DNA of 64,000 nucleotides from the human T2T-CHM13v2.0 reference genome, Homo sapiens: NCBI RefSeq assembly GCF_009914755.1, contig NC_060937.1; one strand, written 5' to 3'. The first letter of the stretch is position 1, and each line of letters opens with the position of its first letter. Below are positions 27,575-40,512 of this stretch, one piece after another. The translations under genes and the position numbers were made by a program. Under the pieces are notes generated by a model. The model had not been told where the DNA came from. It saw only the letters and a program-made list of their open reading frames with translations, and ran no database searches.

Positions 27575-30400
27575 CTGTAGGGGAACAGAAACCGGTAATT
27601 CAAAAACTGGGTCAGAATGCCTGAGTTTCCAGGGACCATGCCCAGCCCGGAATCTCAGGAGAAAACTTTGCCCATGCTAGGGAGGATTTGATCTTAACAC
27701 TTGGAAAAAGACGCCTTCAGCATATTCAACTGGGGCCACATCTCCCTCTCTCCCTATTAACCAAGAATAGACTGTGATAACAGGATCAAGCTGGTTATTG
27801 TGAACTTGAATGTTCCGTGACTTCTTATTCCTTTTGCTCAAAATCGGGGTCCTTTAGCTCGCTGTTTGGGTTTGGCAGAGTTCAGGCATCTCACCTCACT
27901 CTTCCACAGACTATCGGCAAATGGCCCTCAAATGTGGCACTATACTGATCCCATCCACTATTTTTTCTATTTTTCTGACAGAAAACATTTCTCTTCAGTT
28001 TGTTTTTATAAAATATCCTTAAAAAAATTAAATGCTCCACCTTACCACAACTTTAGGAGAAAGGTTAAAGAGTGGGGTTGTCATTTCCATCTTGAGATCA
28101 AAACATAAGCACTGAGTAGGTTATTGGTTTGTTAAACGTTACATAATAAGTCTGAAGTAAAGACAACAATAAAAGCCTAGGCCTTGTAATTTTGTTTGAT
28201 TTTGACCCAAGATCCATGAAAGCAAACAGGGTAACAACTGTATGAGAGAGCTCAGAGGAAAAAACAGTACCAAATATTTAATATTATGATTGGCTATGGG
28301 GCAGTACTTTAACAATGAATGTTTCCATCTCTGCATCTATTTCCTGAGAAAACAATTTGCACATTTCAATGCTATTTCTAAATAGTGAACACAGCTTGTC
28401 CTAAAAGATCTTCCTTCTGTTTCCCTGGGTTTATCCACTTGGTTGGCCTGATGGGAGCAGGAGGCGGTGAGGGGGCGGGCGGCATTGGCTCATGGTGCCG
28501 GCTGTCTGTGGAGCAGAGAGAAGGGAAAGAGCATCTGTAGTTGAATTAATAATGAAGAGGTGGCGAGAAGCAAAGCTGACCTATTTTTCCTCTGCTTACC
28601 TGTTTCCCTTCAACCTCCTCCCCAACCCATTCAGCCTTAAAGTATGTACAAAGTAGGAGGAAAGAGGTTTGATGTAATTTCATTATGGTCTACAGTATCC
28701 TGCATAGGAGATTCAAAGATTTTAGTTTTCATTAAAAAGATTAATAGAGTTGGGGAAATGCTGCCTAAGTCACTGCAGAGCCATCTAAGTCAAACATCAC
28801 AGAACGTTTTCCTGGGTGTGACTAAGATGAGCATGTCCCATTGGTCAGGTTCATCAAAGCTCACAGTTGACACCATTGGGATGAAAGTTAAAGTAATAGC
28901 AATAGTACACCTGCTTTTCTACAGAACAGGCTAAAAGTTGAGAGATGACCCTTGTATACCCCTGAATACTACACAGTTTGTGTAATGTGCCCATTATTTT
29001 CCAATACTATAAAAATCCCCCCTCAGTAAGCCTGGTGACTTGAGCTGTTTTTCTATCTTTTGTAACCAGCAGCACACATTTGTCATATGTCAGGCTACAA
29101 AAACGGATTGAGATTGTCACCTTGACACAGAGTTTTTCTTAGTGTGACACTATGTACCCATAACCCACACTGTGGAAGGGACTATAAATGTAGGAGCTTC
29201 TAAGCCACCCTCTGCTGACTTTTATGGATGGACATCTTTTTGTGAAAACCTTGTGTTTATAATATTGCAGTATGAGGCTGACACAAGGCAGATTTATTAT
29301 GTCAATAACCGAAGAAAATAAACATAACCACATTTGAGGGGAAGGTGTGTGTTTTCCAGAACAGTGAGATCCTTCATCCTCTGGGTCATTGTTTTTGCTG
29401 CAGACATAATGGTGTTCCAAACAGAAAAGCACTAAGTAAATGTCTACAATGTAGACCTTCTCTTCTGGGCTTTCTGGACCTTGAATTTCTTCCAGCAGCA
29501 GCACAAATGGTATTTCATAATGGAGACACATGGTGTGGTTTAGGCTAGCAGGTGCTGCCTTGTCACGTGGCGTTTTAAATTTAGAATACAAAGACACATT
29601 CTTTCACCAAATTAATAGAGCAGTAGCATGTTTCCTAGCAAAGATGTTCACAATTTAGACACTCAGTCCCAAAAGCTTGTTCTTTTAGTAAGAACATCAG
29701 GTACTCGATACAGAGCTCTGACCCATAGTACATGAAAACATCTTTTAAACTGTAACATTCTATAAACTTGTGGGCTTTCACTCAACCGCCTTATCAACTA
29801 ATGAATTGGATTTAACAGTGCCACCAAATGGCTGATCCCTGAATGCTTGTCACAATGCCAGCTGGGTTTTCTCTGCTTTCTGAACAAAAATCTCTCAAGG
29901 ATTTTAGGCTCTGGTGGAAAAAAAAAAAGGAAAAAAAAGTAGGGTTAAGACAAGTTTGCTTATGTTTATAACTGCTTATTTTCAATGTTACAACTGTATT
30001 TTTGTGTTTCTGAAAATGTATCCCAAGTCATTTCAAATTTTCTGCTGCTTGAGAGTAACAGATGATGGGCAGTCAAGAGAAAAACGTACTTACGGTCATA
30101 CAGAGTTCTCTGAAAATGGAAAGCTTTCATTTTATTTATTATGCTCAAAGACAGTAAAATAAATGTATTAAACTTCTAATAGTATTATCTCTTTTTTCCC
30201 AAAGAAGTAAGATAGTTAATACTAAATACTTTTCCAAGATGGTGACCATCCGCTGATTCAAAGAGTTTGGGGGACTGGGATGGACCTTAAATATTACCTA
30301 TTCTGCCCCACTTCCATTCAGAGACCAAATGCCCCCTACAGAAATCCCAGTGGGTGGTCAGATGGCCTCTGTCCAAATACTTCTAGTACTGAACATACTA

Positions 30401-30703
<303 letters not shown>

Positions 30704-30815
30704 TTATTGGTCCTATCTCTGATTTCTAGAGTTGCCCAGTACAGGTCTAATCCACTTTTCACATGACAGTGCTTTTAGGTGTTTGAAAATAGCTACTGGT
30801 CTCCGTCTGTGTCTT

Positions 30816-30921
30816 CCAAGCACTTTGGGAGGCTGAGGCAGGAGGCTTGCTTGAGCCCACAAATTCAAGACCACCCTGGGCAACATAGTGAAACCCTGTC
30901 TCTCCAAAAACAAAAAAAAAA
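30816..30921 (+). mobile_element. Alu left-monomer/FLAM fragment
   Basis: CACTTTGGGAGGCTGAGG...GAAACCCTGTCTC plus A-rich end. Confidence 0.8.
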
Positions 30922-33363
30922 CCTGGTGCTTGAAAGTGAATGCAATATTCTGGGTGTGCTCTGACTAGCACAAAGCAGAGAAGGATAGGGTTTTCTTTCT
31001 CATGAATAGAATATTAATTCACTTCAAGATCTTACTGGCTTATGTGGATGAGGCCATAGCATTTCACCTTTACAATGAGCCCACAGCTATGTCATGTCTC
31101 CCTGGTGTGTGTTTGAAAGGTTGTCCTGGGCCAAGTCCAGGACTTCACACTTCCTCACGTTAAATGTCATCTTTATTACATTAATATCCTTCCAGTCTGT
31201 TATCTTTTAGATTCTGATCTGGTCTCCTAATGTTTTTGCTCTGTCTACCAGTTGAAGCCATTTCAGTAATCAGGATGGCTCTTTGGGTAATCCACCAATT
31301 CTTCACTAAACCACCTAAATAGACTAACTTAGACCCTGCTGGAACATTTCTATTATTATCCTTAAGTCCAACGAAAGGATTTCGAACATAGTAAAGGCAA
31401 AATGTGTAAGTGCTTGCTCTTTAGAATTAACTTAATGAGATTAACCAGCCTTTGTTTACAACCAACGGATGCTGAAAAGCCCACCTATATTTTTTCATTG
31501 CTTGTAAATGGAATCAATTTACCTTTTTGGTTTTTCTGAGCAGATAAACCATTTTATAGTCCACATGCCAACAAGATTTTATGTTTGCTTCAATTCGCTA
31601 ATTCCAAGGCATCTGGGTGTACAGTACAAAACGTACAGTTATTTTAGAATTTAGGGCAATTAGCTGCTCTGAGAGATATTGTGACATTTGAAATGTCATC
31701 ACCCCCAAGCAGATTTAATGGGAACCATTTGGGCAGGTTGCTGGCACCTGGATGCTTTTATGGCACACCTTCATAAAAGCACTGCCCTAAGTAAGAACAC
31801 ATCCTAAGTGTAGCTATTGAGCTTGGGATCATATAACAGATGGAGAACATATCACACTTTTTGAAGTAAGTGAGAAAGCTGACATAACAACCCTAACCAC
31901 ATTTTATCAAGATGTATCTGATGACTGTGTAGTGGAAAAGAGTTCACTTTAAATGGTGTGAGTTACTCTTGCCATTTGTATTAATGTTGTCACTCAGCTG
32001 GGGTCCATGCTGCATAAAGGTTTTGAAAATATCCAATTAAGAGAATTGATCTAATCAAGGTAGAAAAATCTCACCACACAACTTTAGCTTTGGCTGGATA
32101 ATTGCACCATTTCCACTTCACATTTTATCTTGGCATACAATTATTACCTTACTGAGTTGATATTGATTTGAAAAATGGTTAAAAATAATTTAGAAATCAA
32201 GTTATCACTGTCATATGATTTCTGAATCAATCTTATAAAGGAAACACAAGCAATACATTTTTAACAAACTCAAACAGTTGTCTTGGTGATCTTGACTTTA
32301 GATCCACAGAAGCTCTAAAGATAATCTCTAACAAAATTAAATAATAATCTTGGTGTAGAGAGCTTGAAACCCACAGAATTCTATATGATACAGAAAAGCC
32401 AGACATTTATTTATTTCCCAACTGGGTATAGAACAATAAGTTGAAGGCATCACTCTGCAATTACTAATAAGGCTCCACTATTTGAAACAAGGCACAAAGG
32501 AACTGCTTTTTCCAAATTCCTTTGTCTGCAATCTTCATAGTAGTACATTCAGCCTAAATAAAGTTTATGGCACAGATAAGCATGAGCATAAGTAAGAATG
32601 AATACTGAAAAATGTAAAATGTTATCATAAAGATTTGGATAATTTTTTCAAAAGACTAGAAAACTGTTACTCATGAAGTTGGTTTACTGAAAGGAGGAGA
32701 AAACGCGAATGGAAACAGTGGTGTTATGGCTATGTTAGTGAAACCACGAGAGCCAAGATTTCAAAGACAAATGCACTTAGTTACAACTAGATCTGTACTG
32801 TTTGTTGTATTGGGTAGTTTTTCTGGCCTCAATTGTCCAATCACTATACTCATGCAAGCCAAGATCTATAAATTGATAATCTGAACCATTTGTCCCAAGG
32901 AGACTTGTGTCATTGGGTAGTCACAAGCCTCCTCTCATGAGTTACACCCTTCATGAAATCGTAGTTTGGAAGCAGCCCAGGAAGTCATCCACTGTATTTC
33001 CTCTGGATAGAATAATTCCCTCCATGATTTACTCCTCAAATGGGATTCCCAACCTGTAATGAAGGGAGCTCACTAGTCTTCTAGGCACCTGCTACATTTT
33101 ATGTTAAACTCTGGTTATATTAAGAAACTGCAACTACAATTTGAAATTTTTATAAATTTGGAAACATTCCTTCCAATGATTATTGCTATGGACATGGATT
33201 ATATTTTGCTGTGATCATTGCTGTGGACATTTATCATGGAAATAATAAAGAGAACCAATTAAAGTTAATGTAATTCGAAGATTAAAGTAAAACTAGTAAA
33301 AATGTTAGATTTAAAACCAGAATTTGGAACTTAAATGGTAATTGCAATATAAAATATTTTTTC

Positions 33364-33652
33364 GTCTGGGTACAGTGGCTCACACCTATAATCCCAGCAC
33401 TTTGGGAGGCTGAGGTGGGTGGATCACTTGAGGTCAGGAGTTCGAGAACAGCCTGGCCAACATGGCGAAACCCTGTCTCTACTAAAAATACAAAAATTAG
33501 CTGCATGAGGTGGTACACACCTGTAATTCTAGCTACTCAGGAGGCTGGGGCACAAGAACCGCTTGAACCCAGAAGGCGGAGGTTGCAGTGAGCCAAGATC
33601 GCACCACTGCACTCCAGCCTCGGCAACAGAGCAAGACTCTGTCTCAGAAAAA
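33364..33652 (+). mobile_element. AluS element
   Basis: Full-length Alu. Confidence 0.92.
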
Positions 33653-34294
33653 TATGTATATATTTTTTCTAGCTTGGTCAGCAGAATTTCCTATCCTCTT
33701 TAACATCCTTTTCTATCCTTTTGGAAATGAGATATATTATGATTTTTGTTCTGAGTTAGAGTCAAGTATTTTATTATCATTATTTTAATTAACTTTATTT
33801 TTAAAACTATATATTTATCCAGTGATTTTAAAAGAAATAGCTTGTATAAATACACACACAGACATGCTCACATACACATGCACATTTTTTCCCCTGCAAA
33901 TTAGATCACCTTGGGAAAAATGCCTTCAAGCCTAGGACACCATTAGTGGTTTTAAAACTGCATGTTAATTTCTTCTCCTCAATGAGTTATCGATATGTCT
34001 GACAAATTCCTCCTTTAAGGCAACCCTGAAAGGAAGGTAGAGTCCTGATTTTAACGCAACTACCTGAAACAGAATTTTTCATCAAATAATCTTATTTTGT
34101 TATTACTGTCAGCATTTTATACTTTAGACGTTATGTGGTACCATTCTGCAGTCTCTCAAATATCACTCATTGATGCTAATTACAACAGAAGAATGCCATA
34201 CACGTGATTGTGAAGGTCACCCTTATCCCACATGTGGTCATTTCAATTTCAGTGTCTACTTATCAAATTTTCTGAAAGAAACTCACTGAACAAC

Positions 34295-36022
34295 ATAGGC
34301 AGTTTTTCCTGTTTATTATATAGTTATTCTAAGGTGGTAAGTGTCACAAAGTTAACTTCAAGAGGAATAACATGGTCCAGTGTGAAACACAAGGTACAAC
34401 ATTTTACAATGAAACCACAGCACAAAGTAACTGAACTTTCAAAATTGGGTAGTTCAATGAAACATTTTGTCAACCCTTAGCTCTATAAAGCTCTGCTGAT
34501 GGACTTAGTTGATGGATTTAAAAAATATATTGCTGTGTCAAATGTTTTAACACAAAATGTTTTTTTTTAAAGAGAATACACATCCAATCAACTGAAACTG
34601 TGAGCAGAAAGTATGTAACCTCTTTATAAAAACGTTATCCAAATTTACAACATTCATAATATATTTCAAAGTAAAGAGTTCTTAGAAAAAATAAACTCAA
34701 TTCCTTGCTTACTGATGAGTATCAACTCCTCAAAAACACATCACAGAAAGTTAACTTTCATACTTCTTTGCCTATAACTTTTAGATATCTACTACCCTGG
34801 CTTCAAAAACATTTTGTGGCCATATATAATACAAACACTCAGGTATTACATGCATCATTTATACTATCTTGGAATTTATCCATAATCTACTAAAATGAAC
34901 CACATTTTAAAGACATCATATGTCATGCACCCTTAAAAATTATAGTGAGGGCCTCTGATTTCCTCTTTTTTCCACATGCATAACAGGCACAAAATTACAA
35001 ATATTTTTCAACTGACAGTACAACACGCTATATCAGGCAATTGGTATATTGAATTCAGTGTATCTCTATTTTTCACACTATGCCTCTGTGCAATATTTCA
35101 ATCAAAGACAGTTGTCACTAACATGCACAAATAGAGATGCTAGCAAGGTTAATGCAAATATGCATAAATGAGCAAATGTATGCATATATAGTAAATTCAT
35201 TCGATTAACATTTTCAAGTGTGTATATATTTATGTAGATATATACACACATACAGCAAGTATATTCAAAATTTGTCAACAGTTTAGAGTTTTGAAAGAAC
35301 ATACAGAATCGCCTTACAGGTTATCTGGCTTTGTTATTAAACTTACTTCATATCAAATATACTCTGGATTTTCTTCTATTTATGTTCCAACATTATACTT
35401 GACAATCTGCAACTGTATCAATGTTTCATTTTTTTAGAGTATAGTGATTGGCAACCACTACAAGCCATCCATACACACACAATAGAAAAAAATCATAGTA
35501 TTCGATCTTGTTAATAATTGAAAACAAAGATATATCAATATAAACATTAATGTTACTTATATTTAATAGTTAACACAATATTGGATTTAGCTGAATTTCA
35601 ATTTTTTTATAAATCAGTATATCTGAATATTTTGAACCATTTGCCATACCAGTTGAGCAAACTGCTTTTTAATTTAAACATGCCCCAACTAATATGTCAC
35701 AGAGTAACACTTTATTACATGAAGATTTTATGTATAATTCCACAAGAGCCAGTAACTTATAAGGCTGTATCACAAATACTATACTTTACTGTTGATGGTT
35801 TATACACATACACAGATACTTACAGAAGCATACCCACATACACACCAAGCCTGGCAAATTTACATAAACACCCAAACACCTGTATAGATATATGGCCACA
35901 TATGAAAAATTTAGCAGTCCAAGAATTAAAATATGTGGAATTTTCAGGAATATTATTCTATATATTCATTCACTTTCATTAAGAAATCTGACCTGCACAC
36001 TTCATTGTTTTTAAGCAAAAAA

Positions 36023-36094
<72 letters not shown>

Positions 36095-39000
36095 AAAAGA
36101 GCCCAATCATGTATAGATCTTCAGGGCATGTGTTGGAAATTCCCCGGCTGGTTATGTAGGGTATATATATATATAGTACATCAGCGCTGGTTCAAATGGT
36201 TTTAGAAAATGTTTTTTGGGTTCTTAATATTTAGATGAGCCAATATATGCGCACAGGGATGTATACAGATGAGAGAACCTGACACTTCTTAAAATTCTAT
36301 GGCAGTACAGAAACTGTCTAGATTTTTCCCCCTGCCTAGTTGATTAAACAAGACAAAAACACACCATGTGGCTTTCAGCACTATAGTCTTTTGAGTTCAC
36401 ACTGAACTTCATACTTTATATATTTTTAACTTTTGCACTTCTAAAATGCTGAAAGCAGGGAAATATTCCTAATATCTTTTTCTACAATGTCTACATCTAA
36501 GAAAAAAGTGAGTGCAAGTGAAAAAGTATCGAACTTTGAACTACAGCACGATGTCTTCAGAGCGCATTTAAGGATTATCATTAGGACAAAACTGCGTGGC
36601 TTTTGCTGAAGCATTCCCCGCTCAGTAGAACAATTTAAAAATTCATTGCCGAATTTTTTTTATAAAGAATTCTATAAGTAACTCAATCATAAGTGCCTAT
36701 AAATCACCAATTCTGTTCCACCAATGAACTGAAAACTTCTGTGTTTGTTGCTAAGAAATTTTTATTTCTGCTTTAGTTTAATAGAATTATGTTTTGCATA
36801 AAAAGAGATCTCAAAGACTATAAATGGTGTGCTGTTTCAATCTCTGAGGGACTTTACTTTCAAAAAGTAAATGATATATATAGCCCCTGAACAGTCCTTT
36901 AATAGAAGTCATATGTTCAAGAGATTAAATGCTGTGGAAAGCACTTCCCTTGGAACTGCTTGAATGGAAAGTTGGCCATGATATCTATCGGCAATTAGTA
37001 CAAGTCCAGTTTCTTTTTGCCCTGTCTAAACAAAGCCATGGGCTCTATATCAATTGGCAATATCTACCACTTAGAACAAATAGCATTTATTGGACCTTTC
37101 TAGCAGTAGTTGTCCATAAGATTGACAGTGCAGGGAAGTTAAAATTATTGGAATTTATTTTTGTTCTGGACCATCTGACCCCACCAGTTTTAAAGTAACT
37201 GTTCCACTGCTTTCTTTGTATTTTTGGCAGTTTAGTCAAATACATACTAATCTTTTATGGACCCAACTGTATTAAGTAATGCATTTTACAAAGACATAAC
37301 TAAAACAGACACCAGCATAGGCAACCTCACAGATGTTTACTGTTTCAGCTAAAATAAAGCAGCCTTTTGATCTCAGCAGGAGTCTCTGGTCATTTCTATT
37401 GGAAACAGTTTTAAAACCTGAAGTCTGGAACAGGTATTATTATGAACTGTTCTTTCAAGATGGAATGGTTCAGTTTGCAGCTCTTGAATAACCTGCCAGA
37501 GAAGTGTCTTTCTCTCCAACAGACAGCATAATGAGGCACTAATTATTATAGGGCTAAGTTTTCAAATGCTGTTAGATTGCCTGGACGTTTTTTCTTCTTC
37601 CTCTTCTTTTGGTTGGAATATTTTATTCACTTGTAAAGTGAGATGGTAACATACGTAACTATAAACCAGATGGTAAAATTTGCTAGTTGAACAATTTATC
37701 AGGGAGATAAATCAATAACATTTAAAACAGCGTGTGACAACTGAATTTCTCTCCATCTTGAATAAAACATTTAAAAATTGTTTTCAAGTAAAATTTGAAA
37801 AAAAAAATCATGTAAAAGCCTCCAAATGGCATCAAACATTTTTAATTTATCACCTACTGAGATATGTCAAGCCTGGAGAATATCAAAACCATGCTTCACA
37901 AGTCTTAAACTGTTAGTGTTTGAACTAGTAAAAGTAAATGACCACTAGGATATGGCTTAAATACAATAGACCATACACATTAAATTAATTTTTAACATTC
38001 AGACTTTAAAATCATTATTTTATGTTTAAGCAAAGACGACTATAATTTTTAAAATAGAGGACTAGAAGAGCAGAATTAGTAGGTTAATGTTTAACAATGG
38101 GTTATAATCATAGACTTAATTGGTTTAACACAAAAGGAGTTTTGCATATGAAAATTTCCAAAACACCAGCAAGATTGAGAATTTTTCAGAGTGGAGATTT
38201 GGATACTCTGGGCCTGATTTATACAGCACCATTTAAGTGAATTTTGCTTTTCAAATGGATTTCTTGGAAAAAGTCCAGACACAATTTTTTTTAGGTCTGT
38301 ATGGAAAAAAAAAAAATTCCCAGCTTTAGTTTTTACACATTTAAAAAATTATGTATATGATTGTAAGAAAAAATTATACAATCTATAGCAATGCCATTGG
38401 CCAAGTTCTTCATATTGGCATATAGCTTAAGCTAAATTTATACTGTTTCTAATAAAATAACTTTAAAAAATAAAATTTACTTGACAACAAAAACAAGGCA
38501 AGTTCCTAAAGCCTAACTTCAGAGTCTTTATGAGATGTGTCGTTGTCATAATTTTTCTTTTTCTCTCGGATGTACTAACCCACAAAACAGTAAGTAGCTT
38601 TTTCTACTGTCTAGGGAGAAAAAAAATCTACCCAAGCATTTTTATTATTTTGTAATAAAAGTACCTCTAAAAACCAAGCAATTCAAATTTTAAAAACAAT
38701 ATAACCTTTAGAAAAAATATGCCTGCTAGTGCCGTTTTAATATGCTTTACAGAAAGTACAGAAAAATTATATCTCTATGTCTACTTATAATTAAGAAGAA
38801 AACTCCATCTGCAGAAATTCTGGCTCTATATTGCCACATGGTTAGTGTGTTCTTGTACTCAATATTGGGTCCGTGTATGAAATTCATCTAGAGCCAGGCC
38901 CTGTACAAAAATCTCAGCATTTTGTGTTCAAACTCTCCCCAATCAAATCCATGTGGGAGATATTTTTAAAAATCTCTCAATTTCAAGGTTGAACATCACG

Positions 39001-39157
39001 AAAACAAAATGCATACATATTTACTTTTGGATGATTTGGTCTTTTATCATTTCAAGGTATGCAAAACTCTTTTGTGTATTTTGCTGTAAGACTTTTGCTT
39101 CAGAAATGTGAAACCTTCACCCAATCACAAACCATATACATTGCTCCATTGTTTCTT
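34295..39157 (-). other. DCLK1: Probable long 3'UTR of the DCL/CARP terminal exon
   Basis: AT-rich and Alu-free downstream of the stop. Minus-strand AATAAA at 34312-34317 is followed by a GU/U-rich tract (TGTTGTTCAGTGAGTTTCTTT). The end point is inferred; other hexamers lie nearer (e.g. 38641, 37622). Confidence 0.55.
36023..36095 (+). repeat. (GAAA)n tetranucleotide repeat
   Basis: Seen directly; lies within the inferred DCL/CARP 3'UTR. Confidence 0.95.
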
Positions 39158-39214
39158 TTACACTGAGTCTCCTACTGAATCCAAGTCATCCGAAGAGAGG
39201 GGGCGGTACAGGTC
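39158..39214 (-). CDS. DCLK1: Alternative terminal exon CDS (DCL/CARP isoforms): DLYRPLSSDDLDSVGDSV*
   Basis: Acceptor catcttgcag|GAC in phase 0 after exon 6; 18 codons then TAA. Resembles the doublecortin C-terminus. Confidence 0.94.
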   Translation of the reverse strand, partial: DLYRPLSSDDLDSVGDSV

Positions 39215-40409
39215 CTGCAAGATGAAGGGCAGTATAGATTTGTTTACTCGGCTTTCTTGGGTGCCCTGTGGCTCTCGTGAGAGCAGCACTGAATGGGCAT
39301 CCCCAGTTTCTACTATTATTAGACCTTTTCAAGTCACCAACTTGGATTAGGAGGAAAGATAATAATAGAGAAACCATCTAAATAAACAAAATGGTGCTGG
39401 TTTCGCCTTATTGGCAAGAAAATGCCTCTTGGTCTACTCATAATCTTTTGCCTTCCTTGATGCCCGTTGAGTTGCATGGCCCCTGAGGTCTGTAAAGGTC
39501 AACTCCACTACTATGTGACTAGGCAATTCTTCCTTGACCATTTCCTTCCCATTCTTGGTAGAAAAGGAACGTGCTTACCTCACAATAAAATAATTTATCA
39601 GGAGGCCCAAATGGCGTTCAGCAAATTCTGGTCCCAGAGCAGCAACTCAAATGTTGTAGTTGCATGTGGCATAAAACCCAAGAAAGCATTGCTTTCTCAA
39701 AATATTATGTTTGGATGACAGAAAGCGTGTAAAATTAACCCACCTCACCCCAAATCCCTTCCCAATGTTCTTTCCCTGTTCTCCAACCGACCACTCACTC
39801 ATCACCTCCTCTCTCCTTTCCTACCTCCCCTTCCTGCTACTAGATCTCGGTTGGTAGCCAGGCAACCAGCTCAGATCTGCAGAGAGCGTCTAGAGTTGGC
39901 TTTTCTCCGGTTTTGTACCACCCACTCCTCACATCATCTGACTGATCAGATAATCTACAAAAGTCAGTGATGTGGGAGTATAATGGGGAGCTTCATTCAG
40001 CCTACATAACACAACACATTTCTTCCTGATGGATTAAGAAATGGGACCAAAAAAAGTTCATGAGTGGGAAAAGAGTCTCCAGGCTCTGCTTCTGTGACCA
40101 GTCAAATGCCTGTAGACAGCAACTTAAATAACTCTGCTTCGGAAAAATAGGTTACTTGGTACATTGCCACGAATATGCTTATGAAGAGAAATGTCTGGCA
40201 TGCAGGTTTTCATTGTATAAGAGTATTCCAAAATGTCAAAAGAGGTAACATAAAAATGTGATTTTAACAGAAGAAAGAAAGCTGATCAAATTTTGTAATT
40301 AATATAAGTAAAAACTAGATTTTCCTATTTGTAAAGAAACCAGTCAAATGTCTCAACCTTCCTTTTGAGAAAACAGCTCATGTTCCTGTATTTTAAAATG
40401 GGGGCAAGG

Positions 40410-40428
40410 CGCGCGTGTGTGCATGTGT

Positions 40429-40463
<35 letters not shown>
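40410..40463 (+). repeat. (GC)n-(GT)n dinucleotide repeat
   Basis: Seen directly. Confidence 0.92.
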
Positions 40464-40465
<2 letters not shown>

Positions 40466-40499
40466 GGGGTGGGGGCAGTCAACTCATTTTCTTGGCCAT

Positions 40500-40512
40500 G
40501 TTGCTAGGCAAC
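40500..40512. promoter_or_regulatory. RFX X-box GTTGCTAGGCAAC
   Basis: Quasi-palindromic RFX consensus. A second box, GTAGCCAGGCAAC, lies at 39854-39866. Confidence 0.6.
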
